From Candidatus Dormiibacterota bacterium (GTDB lineage Bacteria > Chloroflexota > Dormibacteria > Aeolococcales > Bog-877): a stretch of DNA of 64,000 nt. Within the stretch, counting starts at the first letter, position 1. Every line of letters starts with the position of its first letter. Location of the stretch: positions 1,069 through 65,068 of the forward strand of contig JBAQYY010000102.1 of the NCBI GenBank assembly GCA_049790415.1, written 5' to 3'. Shown here in pieces: positions 10,377-18,809 of the stretch. The translations under genes and the position numbers were made by a program. Below the pieces are notes generated by a model. That model saw nothing but the letters and a program-made list of their open reading frames with translations. It made no database searches and was not told where the DNA came from.

Positions 10377-10876
10377 TCCCCTCCGAGCTGAGCGATCTCG
10401 CCCTCGCCTTTCCCCAGGCACGGCTGGTTGCGGAGCGCGCTGGTGGCTACCCAGCCCAGACGCTGGCCACCGCCGAGTCCTGCACCGGAGGATTGCTGGC
10501 CGCTGTCTTGACTGCGGTCCCGGGAAGTTCGCGCTCCTACCTGGGTGGGATAGTTGCCTACGCCAATGGTGTCAAAACGGAGGGGTTGGGGGTGGCTCCG
10601 TCCCTGATCCGCAGGCACGGGGCGGTGAGTCGAGAGGTGGTTGAGGCGATGGCTGAGGGAGTGCGGAATCGTTACCGAAGCACCTTTGGGCTGGCGACCA
10701 CGGGAGTTGCGGGACCGGGAGCTTCGGAGGGCAAGCCTGCCGGCCTGATCTACGTGGCAGTGGCTGGTCTGGGAGGCATCGAAGTGGTCCGGCTGGATCA
10801 AGATCGAGGTCGGCACGAGAATCGAGTTGGGGCAGTCCTGGCCGCCCTCGACCTGCTTCTGGTGTCGCTGGAATGA
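10373..10876 (+). CDS. cinA: CinA C-terminal domain protein (PncC-like nicotinamide-nucleotide amidohydrolase), no N-terminal MocF domain
   Basis: LATAESCTGGLLAAVLTAVPGSSRSYLGGIVAYANGVKTEGLGV...LATTGVAGPGA is the CinA C-terminal family. ATG 10373 overlaps the pgsA stop (ATGA). Lies immediately upstream of recA, as in many Gram-positives. Confidence 0.8.
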   Translation: MIPSELSDLALAFPQARLVAERAGGYPAQTLATAESCTGGLLAAVLTAVPGSSRSYLGGIVAYANGVKTEGLGVAPSLIRRHGAVSREVVEAMAEGVRNRYRSTFGLATTGVAGPGASEGKPAGLIYVAVAGLGGIEVVRLDQDRGRHENRVGAVLAALDLLLVSLE

Positions 10877-10935
10877 CTTGCTCCCAGCCCCTCCCAATGG
10901 ACTCGCAGGACCTACCACTGGGGGCCTGGACGCGG

Positions 10936-10957
10936 TACAATAGCGAACAGCTGTTCC
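10936..10957 (+). promoter_or_regulatory. recA promoter -10 (TACAAT 10936-10941) immediately followed by a LexA box CGAACAGCTGTTCC (10944-10957)
   Basis: GAAC-N4-GTTC palindrome (Cheo-box type) 76 nt upstream of the recA start, abutting a TACAAT hexamer. Confidence 0.6.
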
Positions 10958-11032
10958 CCACCATCAGCGAGCCGTCCAATCACTAGTCATCGTCCGCGGC
11001 CGGTCCGCACCGCCACACCGGAGGTCACCCAA

Positions 11033-12151
11033 TTGAGCGCTACACTCGAAGTCGCGGGACGCGTGAGCGGCCCGGCGAACCGCGATGCCAAGGAGTCTGC
11101 TCGGGTGGCCACTGAGAAGGACCGAGCCCTGGGAGCCGCTCTGACCCAGATCGAGCGGAGCTACGGCAAGGGCGCGATCATGCGCCTCGGCGACGGCACC
11201 GGTGCCAAGGGCATCGAGGTGATCTCGACGGGCGCGTTGACCCTCGACCTAGCTCTCGGGGTCGGGGGTATCCCGAGAGGTCGGATCGTGGAGATCTTCG
11301 GCCCTGAGTCATCGGGCAAGACCAGCCTCAGCCTCCACATCGTGGCGGAAGCGCAGAAAGCTGGTGGCGTGGCCGCCTTCATCGATGCCGAGCACGCACT
11401 CGATCCCGCCTATGCCGCCCGAATCGGGGTCAACATCGATGAACTTCTGATCTCCCAACCGGACACTGGTGAGCAGGCCCTGGAGATCGTTGAGGTGCTG
11501 GTTCGGAGCCAGGCGGTTGATGTGGTGGTGATCGACTCGGTAGCGGCACTGGTTCCCAAGGCCGAGATCGACGGTGAGATGGGCGACACCCATGTCGGCC
11601 TCCAGGCCCGCCTCATGTCCCAGGCCATGCGCAAGCTGACCGCGGCCATCAGTCGCTCCAACTGCGTGGTGATTTTCATCAATCAGCTCCGGGAGAAGGT
11701 TGGGGTCATGTTCGGCAATCCCGAGGTCACGAGCGGGGGTCGGGCCCTGAAGTTCTACGCCTCAGTGCGGCTGGACATTCGCAAGATCGACTCCCTGAAG
11801 CAAGGTCTTGACGTGATCGGCGGCCGAGTCAGGGTCCGGGTGGTCAAGAACAAGGTCGCCGCACCCTTCCGGTCGGCAGAACTTGATCTCCTCTACAACG
11901 AGGGCATCTCCTACGAGGGAAGCGTTCTCGACGGAGCCATCGAGGCCGGGATAATCGAGAAGAGCGGTGCCTGGTTCAGCTACGGCGAGATGCGCCTGGG
12001 TCAGGGTCGAGATAACGTCCGCGATCTCCTCCGAGGCAATGCCGAGTTGACCCAGGAAATCGCCGACAAGGTCCGCCAGGCGGTGATCGGAGAGCCGGTA
12101 CCGGCTGCTGCCGACGAGGTGGAGGTCGAGCCCGCTACCGCGGCCGGCTAA
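11033..12151 (+). CDS. recA: Recombinase RecA
   Basis: [24 protein letters not shown]...[17 protein letters not shown] (Walker A)...[22 protein letters not shown]...[37 protein letters not shown] start at 11033 after a GGAGG. GTG 11063 is an alternative. Confidence 0.95.
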   Translation: MSATLEVAGRVSGPANRDAKESARVATEKDRALGAALTQIERSYGKGAIMRLGDGTGAKGIEVISTGALTLDLALGVGGIPRGRIVEIFGPESSGKTSLSLHIVAEAQKAGGVAAFIDAEHALDPAYAARIGVNIDELLISQPDTGEQALEIVEVLVRSQAVDVVVIDSVAALVPKAEIDGEMGDTHVGLQARLMSQAMRKLTAAISRSNCVVIFINQLREKVGVMFGNPEVTSGGRALKFYASVRLDIRKIDSLKQGLDVIGGRVRVRVVKNKVAAPFRSAELDLLYNEGISYEGSVLDGAIEAGIIEKSGAWFSYGEMRLGQGRDNVRDLLRGNAELTQEIADKVRQAVIGEPVPAAADEVEVEPATAAG

Positions 12152-12303
12152 TCCACAACTTCGACAGACGCCCGGAGGTTGCCGAAGGCGCGCTAAAATC
12201 GGACCCGATTTCCGATTAATTTCCTGCTCCTCCGCCTTCGAGAGGGGTTGAAGTCGGGGAGGGGCATCGGTAGTCCCTCGCTCGGCACTGCGAGGTCTGG
12301 TCC

Positions 12304-13824
12304 ATGAGCACAGCAACTGTTGTGTTGCTGGTCGTACTAGCCGTGCTCGCCGTCGGAGGCATCGTCTTCGGCCTGATGGCCTCGCGCCAGGGAAGGCGGG
12401 GGCAGGACGAGCTGACCAGCTCCCGGGCAGCCATCGAGACCGAGCGCAAGGCAGCGGGTCTCGAGGCCAAGGCCGAGGCGCTTCGGGTCCGGACCGAGCT
12501 GGAGGACGAGCTCCGGGAGCGGCGCTCGGAAGTCTCCCGTCTGGAGCAGCGGATCGTCCAACGCGAAGAGCAGCTCGACCGCCAGCAGCAGGATCTTCTC
12601 CAGCGTATCGACGCCATAGCCGTGGAGCGCACCCAGCTGGAGGAGGGGAGGGGCGAGATCAGCGCCCTTCGTGAGGTCGCAGAGCGCGAGTTGGAGCGGG
12701 TTGCCGGACTCTCCCGAGAGGATGCCCGCCAGGAAGTTCTGCAATCCCTGGATCGTGAGCTTGTCTCCGAGAAGGCCGATCTGATCAGGCATTCCGTGGC
12801 CGCCGCCCAGGCCGAGGCCGACGAGCGCTCGCGGGAGGTGTTGGTCACCACCATTCAGCGCCATGCCGCCGATCAGACAGGGGAGACCTCGGTCTCGGTG
12901 GTGCCACTTCCCAATGACGAGGTGAAGGGACGGATCATCGGGCGCGAGGGGCGCAATATTCGCGCCCTCGAGGCGGCTCTGGGTGTCGATCTGATCATCG
13001 ATGACACCCCCGAGACTGTGGTTCTGAGTGGCTTCGATCCGGTGCGCCGCGAGGTTGCTCGGGTCACCCTCAACAAGCTTCTCAGCGACGGGCGAATCCA
13101 CCCCACCCGGATCGAGGAGGTGGTCGTCAAGTCGCGAGAAGAGGTCATCGCCCGGATCGTGGAGGAGGGGCACCAAGCTCTATTTGAGTTGGGGCTGCAG
13201 AACGTTCACCCCGAGTTGGTCAAGTTGGTTGGAACGCTGCGCTTCCGCTACAGCTACGGACAGAACGTCCTCGCCCACGTCAAGGAGGTGGCCTATCTTG
13301 CCGGCATGATCGCCGCCGAGATCGGGGCGGACGAGCATCTCGCCAAGGAGGCGGGTATGTTCCACGACATTGGCAAGGCCGTCGACCACGAGGTCGAGGG
13401 CTCGCACGCCATCATCGGGGGCGAGATCCTGCGCCGGTTGGGCCGGCATCCCGAAGTGGTGAGCGCGGTTCAGTGTCACCACTACGACATCGAGCCCGCC
13501 ACCATCATGGCTTTCATCGTTCTCAGTGCCGATGCGATCTCAGCCTCCCGGCCCGGGGCCCGGCGGGAGACCCTGGCCAGCTACATCAAGCGCCTGGAAA
13601 AGCTCGAGGAGATCGCCAATGCCTTTGAGGGCGTGGAGCGGTCTTTCGCCATCCAGGCGGGTCGGGAGGTTCGGATCATGGTCAAGCCCGACCGCATCAA
13701 CGACGACTCAGCTGTTGTTCTGGCCAGAGACGTGGCCCGCCGGATCGAGGGCGAGATGAGCTACCCGGGTACGATCAAGGTCACTGTGGTCAGGGAGACG
13801 CGCTCCGTCGATTACGCCAAGTAG
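12304..13824 (+). CDS. rny: Ribonuclease Y (N-terminal TM helix, coiled coil, KH and HD domains)
   Basis: The N-terminal TM helix is [24 protein letters not shown]. Then a long E/R/Q-rich coiled coil, KH ([15 protein letters not shown]) and HD ([23 protein letters not shown]) regions follow. The whole has RNase Y architecture. Confidence 0.9.
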   Translation: MSTATVVLLVVLAVLAVGGIVFGLMASRQGRRGQDELTSSRAAIETERKAAGLEAKAEALRVRTELEDELRERRSEVSRLEQRIVQREEQLDRQQQDLLQRIDAIAVERTQLEEGRGEISALREVAERELERVAGLSREDARQEVLQSLDRELVSEKADLIRHSVAAAQAEADERSREVLVTTIQRHAADQTGETSVSVVPLPNDEVKGRIIGREGRNIRALEAALGVDLIIDDTPETVVLSGFDPVRREVARVTLNKLLSDGRIHPTRIEEVVVKSREEVIARIVEEGHQALFELGLQNVHPELVKLVGTLRFRYSYGQNVLAHVKEVAYLAGMIAAEIGADEHLAKEAGMFHDIGKAVDHEVEGSHAIIGGEILRRLGRHPEVVSAVQCHHYDIEPATIMAFIVLSADAISASRPGARRETLASYIKRLEKLEEIANAFEGVERSFAIQAGREVRIMVKPDRINDDSAVVLARDVARRIEGEMSYPGTIKVTVVRETRSVDYAK

Positions 13825-14067
13825 CTCGACTCCCGATCTCGGCACACCTGTCCCAAACCTGTCACAACCGTGCCGCAATGCCCTGGAACTGCCCCTGAAG
13901 TCATAATCCGCGGGCTAGACTGCCCTGGTCCGTTGGAAGGGACGACCTCATGGTGTGGGAGATAATGTTGCGGCTTGTCGTTCGAATTTTCGGTTGGATC
14001 GTACCCAAGTCCCCGGGCTGGTCGGGCCTCGGGGCAGTTGGGCGCGATGTAGGCGGTCCATTTCACC

Positions 14068-15516
14068 GTGGCCTTCGTGAGTAGCGCGTCGGCAGTTCAC
14101 GGGGTGGTCGCCACACCAGCTCCGGAGGCCACCAAGGTCGGGCCCCATACCCACTCCACACCGGTCGTAAGGTCTGATTTCATTGAGGCGCCGGCCGGTT
14201 CGGGCCCCCACTGGGGGGTAATGGCCGTGGTCGCGGCGACCACAGGCGCCGCTGGTGCAGTTGGGGTCATCTACATTCGGCCTCCGTTCCAGTGGAGCAC
14301 GCTGCTCATCGTGTTCGCCCTGGTCGCTCTCCTGGAGGCGCGAGGAGCGGTGCCCTTACGTGTGGGGCGCAGCACGATGAATTTCAGCGCCAAGGCCTAC
14401 GCCAGCATCGGTGCGGTGTATCTGCTAGGACTTCCGGCGGCAGCTGCATCCAGCCTCGCCTCGCTCATCATGAGTGCAGTCGTGAGGCGTGCCGTGGACA
14501 TCAAGACCCTCTTCAACGGGGCGATGAGTCTGCTGGTGTACGCCTCGGCGTTTTGGATTTTCGACGCGCTGGCGATACGACCTCACCCGACCATTGGTTG
14601 GCTCCTATTGGCAGGAGCGGCGGGCGGTCTCGCCGCCTGGTTCACCAACCAGGCCCTTCTGGGTTTGGTCATGATCGCGGATCAGGGAATCCGGAATTTC
14701 CGCCATCGCGACTTCTTCCGCTACCTGGTCGACGCCATGCCCTACTACGTTGGCTACGGCTTGACTGGCATTGGCGTGGTGGCAGCCGCACTCTGGTTGC
14801 GTCCGATTGGCGCGCTGCTCACACTGGCAGCGCCGGTGGCGATTGTGCAGACCGCCACCAACCGATGGATGCGAGCGCAGCAGGCCCGCGCCGTCGAGGC
14901 CCAGAGCGGATTCAACGCTACCTTGGTCAGCCTCTCGAAGGCGATCGACCTTCGGGACAGCGATACCGAGGGCCACTGCCGCAGGGTGGTGGACTATTCG
15001 TTGATGATGGGCCGCTATCTCAAACTCTCAGATGAGGACCTGATGCGCTTGTGCCACGGTGCCCTTCTCCACGACATTGGCAAGATAGGCGTCCCCGATG
15101 CGATTCTCCACAAGCCAGGACCGCTCACCGACGAAGAGTGGCGCGTGATGCGCACTCACCCGCAGCTCGGAGCGCTGATGGTTGCGGATGTCCGTCAGCT
15201 GGAGAAGGCCCGCGAGGTGATCCTGACGCACCATGAGCGCTTCGATGGCAAGGGCTACCCGAACGGCTTGGTGGGGGCTGAAGTGCCTTTGGCGGCTCGA
15301 GTTTTCACCATTGCGGACGCCTTCGATGCCATGATCTCAGACCGCCCGTACCGAGCGGCCATGTCACTGGAGGACGCCCGGGCGGAGGTCGTGCGGTGCT
15401 CAGGGACACAGTTTGATCCGAAGGCGGTCGCCGCCTTCAATAGCATCACGGATGTGGAACTGGAGGCCGTAGCACAAAAGAAAGAGCAGCCCACCGAGGA
15501 ACTGCTCTCTCTTTGA
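14068..15516 (+). CDS. Membrane-anchored HD-GYP domain c-di-GMP phosphodiesterase with a multi-TM N-terminal sensor region
   Basis: The C-terminal half has HDIGKIGVPDAIL ... HHERFDGKGYPNGL (HD and GYP signatures). The N-terminal ~250 aa comprise about 7 hydrophobic helices. GTG start at 14068 is uncertain, and ATG ~14221 is an alternative. Confidence 0.8.
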   Translation: MAFVSSASAVHGVVATPAPEATKVGPHTHSTPVVRSDFIEAPAGSGPHWGVMAVVAATTGAAGAVGVIYIRPPFQWSTLLIVFALVALLEARGAVPLRVGRSTMNFSAKAYASIGAVYLLGLPAAAASSLASLIMSAVVRRAVDIKTLFNGAMSLLVYASAFWIFDALAIRPHPTIGWLLLAGAAGGLAAWFTNQALLGLVMIADQGIRNFRHRDFFRYLVDAMPYYVGYGLTGIGVVAAALWLRPIGALLTLAAPVAIVQTATNRWMRAQQARAVEAQSGFNATLVSLSKAIDLRDSDTEGHCRRVVDYSLMMGRYLKLSDEDLMRLCHGALLHDIGKIGVPDAILHKPGPLTDEEWRVMRTHPQLGALMVADVRQLEKAREVILTHHERFDGKGYPNGLVGAEVPLAARVFTIADAFDAMISDRPYRAAMSLEDARAEVVRCSGTQFDPKAVAAFNSITDVELEAVAQKKEQPTEELLSL

Positions 15517-15526
15517 GGCACCGAAA

Positions 15527-15543
15527 GAGGGCCGAGGGCCCTC
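15527..15543 (+). terminator. GC-rich hairpin GAGGGCC-GAG-GGCCCTC 11 nt after the HD-GYP stop, with no U-tract
   Basis: Perfect 7-bp stem with a 3-nt loop seen directly. The lack of a T-run makes terminator function uncertain in this high-GC genome. Confidence 0.3.
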
Positions 15544-15780
15544 CGAGGCGTTAGCCTACCGGCCCCACTCGAAAAGGTCCCACGTACTCATACTGCGTTC
15601 TCTCCCATGACGTCAACTGCGTGCTCTGCACAGACCCACCTGTCGCAGAAACCCTTCGTCGCGACCATACCTGAAGTGGAAAGTTGTCGCAGCGACCTGA
15701 CTTCCAAGTGACGCGCAGGTAACATCCGGCCGGATCAATACGGCATACAGACGCCTCAAAGTCTGCTGGTCTGACCTGCC

Positions 15781-17112
15781 GTGGGCTGCGATGCCGGATC
15801 CTTACACTGCCGATCGAGATCTGAACCGTCGAGGAACTTCAGGGCTGGAGGGGCCGGTTTGGCCGAAAGGCGGGCGGATTGGAATGCGCCGCTTCGGGTG
15901 CCCCGTTTTCGAGCCCTTTGGACCGCTGGTGTTCTCTCCTGGTACGGCGACTTCCTGACGCTGCCGGCCCTGGTGATCATCTGCTACCGGCTTGGGGGAG
16001 AAACCGGTATCAGCCTCCTCTTTGTATTTGAGTCGGCTCCTTTGCTGGCGCTGCTCCCAGTTGGGGGTCACCTGGGGGACAGGGGTGATCGTAGGCGACG
16101 CTCCGTGGCACTCGATCTCGTCAGGGCCTCGCTGGCCTGCGTAACGGTGGTGGGGGCGGAGGGGCATCTCCTCGTTGCCGTACTGGTAGCGGCAGCGGGA
16201 GCCCGGGCCGCATCCGCGCTCTACGAACCAGGACGGCGGAGGCTGGTCGCGGTCCTGCTACCCGCGTCTCTGGTTCCCGCAGGTAGCACTCTCCTCTCAG
16301 TTGTCTCCGAGTCTGCCTTGGTCGTGGCACCGGCTATCGGAGCGCTACTGCTGCTCTTCCTACATCCCACCGTCTTGATCCTGGTCGATGGCGTGACCTT
16401 CTTGCTGTCGGCGGCATTGATGGTCCGGTTGGGTGGCCAGCCCGCGGCGTGGGTGGCGCGCGCGTACACGTCCGAACGGGTCCGTTCCAGCCTGCGGAGG
16501 GGCTTCCAGATGCTTCTGTTCGAGCCGGGTATGCGGCTCTTCGCAGTTCAGGCGGCGGTCGGCGCGGCCCTGGCGACGGTGGTGCAGGTGTACTTCGTCC
16601 CGCTCGCCTGGTACCTATTCCACGTCCGGACCAACCAGGTCGGTTTGATGTACGTCCTGGTTGGCGGAGCTTCCATCCTCGGCAGTGCAGTCGCTCTTCG
16701 CCTACCCCAGGTGCGTCGCAAGAGCATTCTGATCATCGGATACATCCACTTGATGGTCGCTGCCGCGGTTGGCCTGATGCTGGGGGCAGGTCTGGTCGCA
16801 GCAGCGTTGGTGATCTTTGCCGGGAGTGGAGCATTGCAAGAGGTCTGGGGATTCAATCGGATCCAGACCAAGACTCCCACCGAAGGTGTTGGCCAGGCCA
16901 TGGGAGCGGCGCTTTGGTTCATGTGCCTCGGTCGGGCCTTGGGGGCGCTAGTCGCCACCTGGGGAACTGCCCACCTGAACCGAGAGGACTTTCTGTTGGT
17001 ACTGACAGCGGCCGCGGTGGTGGTTTGCTTAGCGGTGACCATGTTGGGCCAGTTCGCATGGCGCCGAAATCCCGCCTCCTGGCCCCCAGGCGGTCCTCCG
17101 TTGCCCTTTTAG
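15781..17112 (+). CDS. MFS transporter (12-TM, EntS/YbdA-like)
   Basis: RFRALWTAGVLSWYGDFLTLPALVII and multiple hydrophobic helices throughout. The start is uncertain: GTG 15781, in-frame TTG 15859 or a GTG near 15898. The N-terminal 35 aa of the track ORF look non-native. Confidence 0.6.
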   Translation: MGCDAGSLHCRSRSEPSRNFRAGGAGLAERRADWNAPLRVPRFRALWTAGVLSWYGDFLTLPALVIICYRLGGETGISLLFVFESAPLLALLPVGGHLGDRGDRRRRSVALDLVRASLACVTVVGAEGHLLVAVLVAAAGARAASALYEPGRRRLVAVLLPASLVPAGSTLLSVVSESALVVAPAIGALLLLFLHPTVLILVDGVTFLLSAALMVRLGGQPAAWVARAYTSERVRSSLRRGFQMLLFEPGMRLFAVQAAVGAALATVVQVYFVPLAWYLFHVRTNQVGLMYVLVGGASILGSAVALRLPQVRRKSILIIGYIHLMVAAAVGLMLGAGLVAAALVIFAGSGALQEVWGFNRIQTKTPTEGVGQAMGAALWFMCLGRALGALVATWGTAHLNREDFLLVLTAAAVVVCLAVTMLGQFAWRRNPASWPPGGPPLPF

Positions 17113-17194
17113 CCGTAGAATCCCATCACACTTCAGGACCTTGCACAGCTTGTCAATTCCGACTTCGCCCACCGGCGGGAGCGCCGCCACCCCA

Positions 17195-17455
17195 GTGGAA
17201 GTACTCAAGGTCTCTGCCACCTCGCAGCCGGTGCGGGTTGCCGGGGCGATTGCGGGCGTGGTCAGAACCAAACATCGGGTTGAGATCCAGGCGATCGGGG
17301 CGGGGGCAATCAATCAGGCGGTCAAGGCGATCGCCATCTCCCGTGGTTACGTGGCCCCGGGGGGACTCGATCTGGTCTGCATCCCCTCCTTCATCGACAT
17401 CGCGATCGACGGCGAGGAGCGGACGGGTATCCGGCTCGTGGTGGAGGTCCGCTGA
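17195..17455 (+). CDS. spoVS: Stage V sporulation protein S family protein
   Basis: VEVLKVSATSQPVRVAGAIAGVVRTKHRVEIQAIGAGAINQAVKAIAISRGYVAPGGLDLVCIPSFIDIAIDGEERTGIRLVVEVR aligns nearly residue for residue with B. subtilis SpoVS (86 aa). GTG 17195 gives 87 aa. The track ORF starts at TTG 17141. Confidence 0.8.
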   Translation: MEVLKVSATSQPVRVAGAIAGVVRTKHRVEIQAIGAGAINQAVKAIAISRGYVAPGGLDLVCIPSFIDIAIDGEERTGIRLVVEVR

Positions 17456-17478
17456 CGGCTTCTGCGGGGCCCCGATCT

Positions 17479-18804
17479 GTGTTCAGCCCGCTGCCTTTAC
17501 TGGAGGCGCGGCCCCAGCGGTCACCCATCTCACTGAGCGGTGAGCGGGCCCCCCGAGTGAACATCTGGCAGGTGGGCTGTCAGATGAACAGCGCCGATGC
17601 CGACAGCCTGGCCGAGCAGTTCTCCGAAATCGGCATGGTGCCCGGAGTGGATCTGGAAAATGCGGACCTCGCGGTGCTGGTTACCTGCGCCGTCCGGCAG
17701 CACGCCGAGGACCGGGCGAGCAGCCGGCTGGGCGAGCTGGCAGCGTGGAAGGCAGCTCGCGCGGGTCGAGGAATCGCCTTGACCGGGTGCATGGTCGGCG
17801 AGCACGGAGCGGCACTGCTCCGCCGTTTTCGGCACCTGGATTACGTCTTCGACATGCGCGAGCCAGATGGCTTCTTCGCCCGCCTTCGCGACCTGTACCA
17901 GGGGGCGCTGGAGGGACCGGTCCCGCTGCCCGCGTCTGACCGGCTTTTCGCTTACCTGCCGGTGATCCTCGGCTGCAACGAGATGTGCACCTACTGCATC
18001 GTCCCTTTTGTCAGGGGACGGGAGTCGAGCCGGCCCGCCGCCCAGGTCGAACTCGAGGCTCGGCGCCTGGTCGAGCGGGGAGTGGTGGAGATCACCCTGC
18101 TGGGCCAGAACGTGAATTCCTATCAGAGCCCGGAGGACGGAACCGGCCTGGCCGACCTCATGACGAGGGTGGACGCCGTGGCCGGCCTACGTCGGCTCCG
18201 CTTCCTCACCTCCCATCCTCGGAATGCTTCCGACCAACTGCTGGACGCCATCGCGGAGTTGCCCAGCGCCTGCGAGCAGCTTCACCTTCCCGTACAGTCA
18301 GGGAGCGATTCCTGCCTGGCGCGGATGAAGCGGGAGTACACGGTGGCGGACTACCGCGCCGTGCTGGAGCGGGCGCGAGCTCGAGTCGAGGCTATCTCGC
18401 TGAGTACAGACGTGATCGTGGGCTTCTGCGGGGAAACCGAGGCCGAATTCCAGGACACGCTGCGGATGCTGGCCGAAGTGCGCTTCGATACCGTCCACAT
18501 CCAGGCCTATTCACCACGGCCGGGGACAGCCGCCTACCGCCGATCCGATGACGTGCCCTTGCCGGCCAAGAAGGAGCGCTTGCAGGCGGTCCTGGAACTA
18601 CAGCGCAGGATCAGCGAAGAGCGCAATCAGAAGCTGGTGGGTGGGACGGTGGAGGTGCTCGTCGAGGGCACGGGCAAAGACGGTCGGGCCTTTGGTCGGA
18701 CCCGCCAGAACCGAGTCACCTGGCTGGGGCGCCCAGCTGAGCCCGGGGACGTGGTTACCGCTCGGGTGACCTCGGCCAGTGCTTGGCAGCTCGTGGCCGC
18801 TTGA
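17479..18804 (+). CDS. miaB: tRNA-2-methylthio-N6-dimethylallyladenosine synthase MiaB (radical SAM methylthiotransferase)
   Basis: IWQVGCQMNSADADSLAEQF (the UPF0004 N-domain Cys), CNEMCTYCIVP (radical SAM CxxxCxxC), and a TRAM-like C-terminus. The start could be GTG 17479 or GTG 17557. Confidence 0.85.
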   Translation: MFSPLPLLEARPQRSPISLSGERAPRVNIWQVGCQMNSADADSLAEQFSEIGMVPGVDLENADLAVLVTCAVRQHAEDRASSRLGELAAWKAARAGRGIALTGCMVGEHGAALLRRFRHLDYVFDMREPDGFFARLRDLYQGALEGPVPLPASDRLFAYLPVILGCNEMCTYCIVPFVRGRESSRPAAQVELEARRLVERGVVEITLLGQNVNSYQSPEDGTGLADLMTRVDAVAGLRRLRFLTSHPRNASDQLLDAIAELPSACEQLHLPVQSGSDSCLARMKREYTVADYRAVLERARARVEAISLSTDVIVGFCGETEAEFQDTLRMLAEVRFDTVHIQAYSPRPGTAAYRRSDDVPLPAKKERLQAVLELQRRISEERNQKLVGGTVEVLVEGTGKDGRAFGRTRQNRVTWLGRPAEPGDVVTARVTSASAWQLVAA

Positions 18805-18809
18805 CCTCG

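Noticed and set aside
13845-15700. Recurring CACCTGTC / TGTCGCAG short motifs in the rny-HD-GYP and HD-GYP-MFS intergenic regions
   Set aside because: Only two or three loosely similar copies of a 6-8-mer. This is too short and too few to distinguish from chance in GC-rich DNA without a genome-wide count.
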